A stretch of DNA of 8,976 nucleotides from a virus: the UHGV virus genome UHGV-1999812; one strand, 5' to 3'. Below are positions 7,437 to 8,976 of the stretch, piece by piece; within the stretch, counting starts at the first letter, position 1; each line of letters begins with the position of its first letter. Position numbers and translations under genes: made by a program. The notes beneath the pieces are model-generated. The model searched no databases and was not told where the DNA came from. It saw only the letters and a list, made by a program, of their open reading frames with translations.

Positions 7437-7517
7437 TATGGTGTACTCTTAATCGGTAAAGCGGCATAAACCCTAACGGGCCATATGTTTATGTGGGTTC
7501 GACCCCCGCCACCAACA
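7437..7517 (+). ncRNA. tRNA-like structured RNA, unit 1 of 3
   Basis: T-arm GTGGG (7493-7497) / loop TTCGACC / CCCGC (7505-7509), with a U·G at the second pair; acceptor-like 3' strand CACCAAC (7510-7516) then unpaired A; D-arm-like TCTT / AATCGGTA / AAGC. The 5' acceptor strand is degenerate (5 of 7 pairs). No encoded CCA. Confidence 0.4.
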
Positions 7518-7540
7518 GCCAACTACCTTATCGCTTTTTT

Positions 7541-7631
7541 GCTGGTGTACTCTTAATCGGTAAAGCGGCACCCGCTTGTATAGCTTCCAGAAAGCGGGAT
7601 GTTTATGTGGGTTCGACCCCCACCACCAGCA
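7541..7631 (+). ncRNA. tRNA-like structured RNA, unit 2 of 3
   Basis: Acceptor-like helix GCTGGTG (7541-7547) with CACCAGC (7624-7630) and unpaired A7631; T-arm GTGGG (7607-7611) / TTCGACC / CCCAC (7619-7623); central 7-bp hairpin CCCGCTT (7571-7577) / AAGCGGG (7592-7598) with a 14-nt loop in the anticodon-arm position. Confidence 0.45.
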
Positions 7632-7654
7632 GCCAACAACCTCATCGCTTTTTT

Positions 7655-7736
7655 GCTGGTGTACGCTCAACGGGTAGAGTCGGTGCCAGCCTGTACAGGC
7701 TGATCATGTATGCGGGTTCGACCCCCGCCACCAGCA
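7655..7736 (+). ncRNA. tRNA-like structured RNA, unit 3 of 3
   Basis: Acceptor GCTGGTG (7655-7661) / CACCAGC (7729-7735) with unpaired A7736; D-arm GCTC (7665-7668) / AACGGGTA / GAGT (7677-7680); central hairpin CAGCC (7687-7691) / TGTACA / GGCTG (7698-7702); T-arm GCGGG (7712-7716) / TTCGACC / CCCGC (7724-7728). Non-canonical for a tRNA: 3-nt linker after the acceptor strand, 6-nt central loop, no CCA. Confidence 0.45.
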
Positions 7737-7965
7737 CGCCAAAAGCACAATTGCGCCATTTCTAAACCCACTTTAAAGCCACATAAAAACGGCTTTCGTA
7801 TCCCGTTTTATTGAGCACTCACGAAAAATGTGTACATACGCGTGTACATATACAAATTAACCCAACCCAAAGAACCGCATAATAAAAGCAATTAACGCAC
7901 ATACTAAACATTCAGATTCAATATTGAGTAACTCGTAACACTAATTCTTACTTTTCAGCCTTCAC

Positions 7966-8000
7966 AAATGCCGCCCACTCAAACAGAGCGGCATTTTTCT
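7966..8000 (+). terminator. Rho-independent terminator between island end and the dinD promoter
   Basis: Stem AAATGCCGC (7966-7974) / GCGGCATTT (7988-7996), 13-nt loop, followed by TTTTTCTT. Confidence 0.5.
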
Positions 8001-8090
8001 TCCCCGCAACTTCAATTCTGTTTTGCGTGCCTGCTCCAGATTTTGCGATGTTTTTTTGCCCAGCACACTGAGAACGTGAGATACTCACAA

Positions 8091-8106
8091 CTGTATATAA
8101 ATACAG
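8091..8106 (+). promoter_or_regulatory. LexA operator (SOS box) of the dinD promoter
   Basis: CTGTATATAAATACAG is a perfect CTGT-N8-ACAG palindrome with an AT-rich centre, about 45 nt upstream of the dinD start codon; it overlaps TATATAAAT, which could serve as the -10. Confidence 0.85.
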
Positions 8107-8151
8107 TTACAGATTTACTTTCTTTGCAATCGATATCACATGGAGTGGGCA

Positions 8152-8976
8152 ATGAACGAACATCATCAACCTTTTGAAGAAATACGGCATTATGGCACTG
8201 AAGGGCAAGAATTTTGGTCAGCTAGAGAATTGGCACCGTTACTGGATTATCGGGACTGGCGCAATTTTCAAAAGGTACTGGCCCGCGCGACTCAAGCGTG
8301 CGAAGCCAGCAATCAAGCTGCATCTGACCATTTCGTTGAAACCACCAAAATGGTTGTATTAGGTTCAGGGGCTCAACGAGAACTTGAAGATGTTCATCTC
8401 TCCCGCTATGCCTGTTACCTGGTAGTACAAAACGGCGACCCTGCGAAACCGGTCATTGCGGCAGGGCAGACTTATTTTGCTATCCAGACCCGACGGCAGG
8501 AGCTTGCTGACGATGAAGCATTTAAGCAACTTCGTGAAGACGAAAAGCGTCTGTTTCTGAGAAATGAGTTGAAAGAACATAACAAACAATTGGTTGAGGC
8601 AGCACAGCAAGCTGGGGTAGCGACAGCTACTGATTTCGCCATATTTCAGAATCATGGTTACCAGGGGCTGTATGGTGGATTAGATCAGAAAGCCATCCAC
8701 CAACTGAAGGGGCTGAAAAAGAGTCAGAAGATCCTGGATCATATGGGTTCAACAGAACTGGCGGCTAATCTCTTTCGAGCTACCCAAACAGAAGAAAAAC
8801 TCAAGCGGGATGGCGTGAATTCAAAACAGCAAGCTAATACCACACACTTTGACGTGGGTAGCAAGGTGAGGCAAACCATTCAGGAACTTGGCGGAACCAT
8901 GCCTGAGGAGTTGCCGACCCCGCAGGTCAGCATCAAGCAGTTGGAAAACAGTGTAAAAATTACAGAGAAGAAATAG
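8152..8976 (+). CDS. dinD: DNA damage-inducible protein D (DinD)
   Basis: 274-aa product beginning MNEHHQPFEEIRHYGTEGQEFWSARELAPLL, which I recognise as E. coli DinD. GGAG (8142-8145) lies 6 nt before ATG 8152; the ORF-track start at 8140 adds four residues (MEWA) and overlaps that RBS, so 8152 is preferred. LexA box upstream. Stop TAG at 8974-8976. Confidence 0.9.
   Translation: MNEHHQPFEEIRHYGTEGQEFWSARELAPLLDYRDWRNFQKVLARATQACEASNQAASDHFVETTKMVVLGSGAQRELEDVHLSRYACYLVVQNGDPAKPVIAAGQTYFAIQTRRQELADDEAFKQLREDEKRLFLRNELKEHNKQLVEAAQQAGVATATDFAIFQNHGYQGLYGGLDQKAIHQLKGLKKSQKILDHMGSTELAANLFRATQTEEKLKRDGVNSKQQANTTHFDVGSKVRQTIQELGGTMPEELPTPQVSIKQLENSVKITEKK

Larger units (their letters stand above)
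1..7760. mobile_element. Integrase-bearing integrative island (PICI/phage-satellite-like); left end outside window, right boundary approximate
   Basis: Co-directional module: integrase, AlpA-like regulator, Icd-like genes, RepA-like helicase with iterons, SSB, PerC-like and Mor-like activators, ending before the LexA-box promoter of a chromosomal SOS gene. One gene has a strongly AT-rich central segment. Boundary not resolved; no att repeat can be identified because the left junction is outside the window. Confidence 0.55.

Noticed and set aside
7437-7736. Three canonical tRNA genes
   Set aside because: There is a 3-nt linker between the acceptor strand and the D-stem, the central hairpins have 6-nt or 14-nt loops rather than a 7-nt anticodon loop, and no CCA is encoded. 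Reported as tRNA-like RNAs instead.
7431-7740. CRISPR array
   Set aside because: The units are about 110 bp and share long structured ends with tRNA-like D-arm, T-arm and acceptor helix. There is no short repeat alternating with unique spacers and no cas gene.
7473-7765. ORFs 7473..7670 (-) and 7493..7765 (+)
   Set aside because: Both lie wholly within the tandem RNA repeats; their proteins are internally repetitive as expected from translating a DNA repeat, and neither has an RBS.
7968-8177. 69-aa ORF 7968..8177 (+)
   Set aside because: It spans the terminator hairpin and the LexA operator and promoter of dinD; it is regulatory DNA, not coding.
8140-8976. Start codon at 8140 for dinD (MEWAMNEHHQ...)
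   Set aside because: The GGAG ribosome-binding site lies inside those first codons, 6 nt before ATG 8152, and the product from 8152 begins with the DinD N-terminus I recognise.

Overview
All well-supported genes in this window are on the + strand, and it reads as the right-hand ~7.7 kb of an integrase-bearing integrative island followed by the chromosomal SOS gene dinD. Nothing here was searched against a database; family names come from recognisable motifs and memory. In order: the 3' two-thirds of a P4/IntA-type tyrosine integrase (open from base 1); a 298-aa hypothetical protein with an AlpA-like N-terminal HTH and an AT-rich central part; a rho-independent terminator; an AlpA-family regulator; two tandem paralogous Icd-like small genes; two small hypothetical genes; a RepA/DnaB-like P-loop helicase followed by an iteron-type repeat cluster (putative origin); an SSB homologue; a PerC-like and a Mor-like transcriptional activator. 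The non-coding 3' end of the island holds seven 10-bp-phased GTGAAA repeats and then three tandem ~110-bp tRNA-like structured RNA units with compensatory base changes in their stems, which I consider the most interesting signal. After a terminator comes a perfect LexA box and dinD. The island resembles a phage-inducible chromosomal island or phage satellite, but no packaging or capsid-interference genes are visible, so that class assignment is inference.
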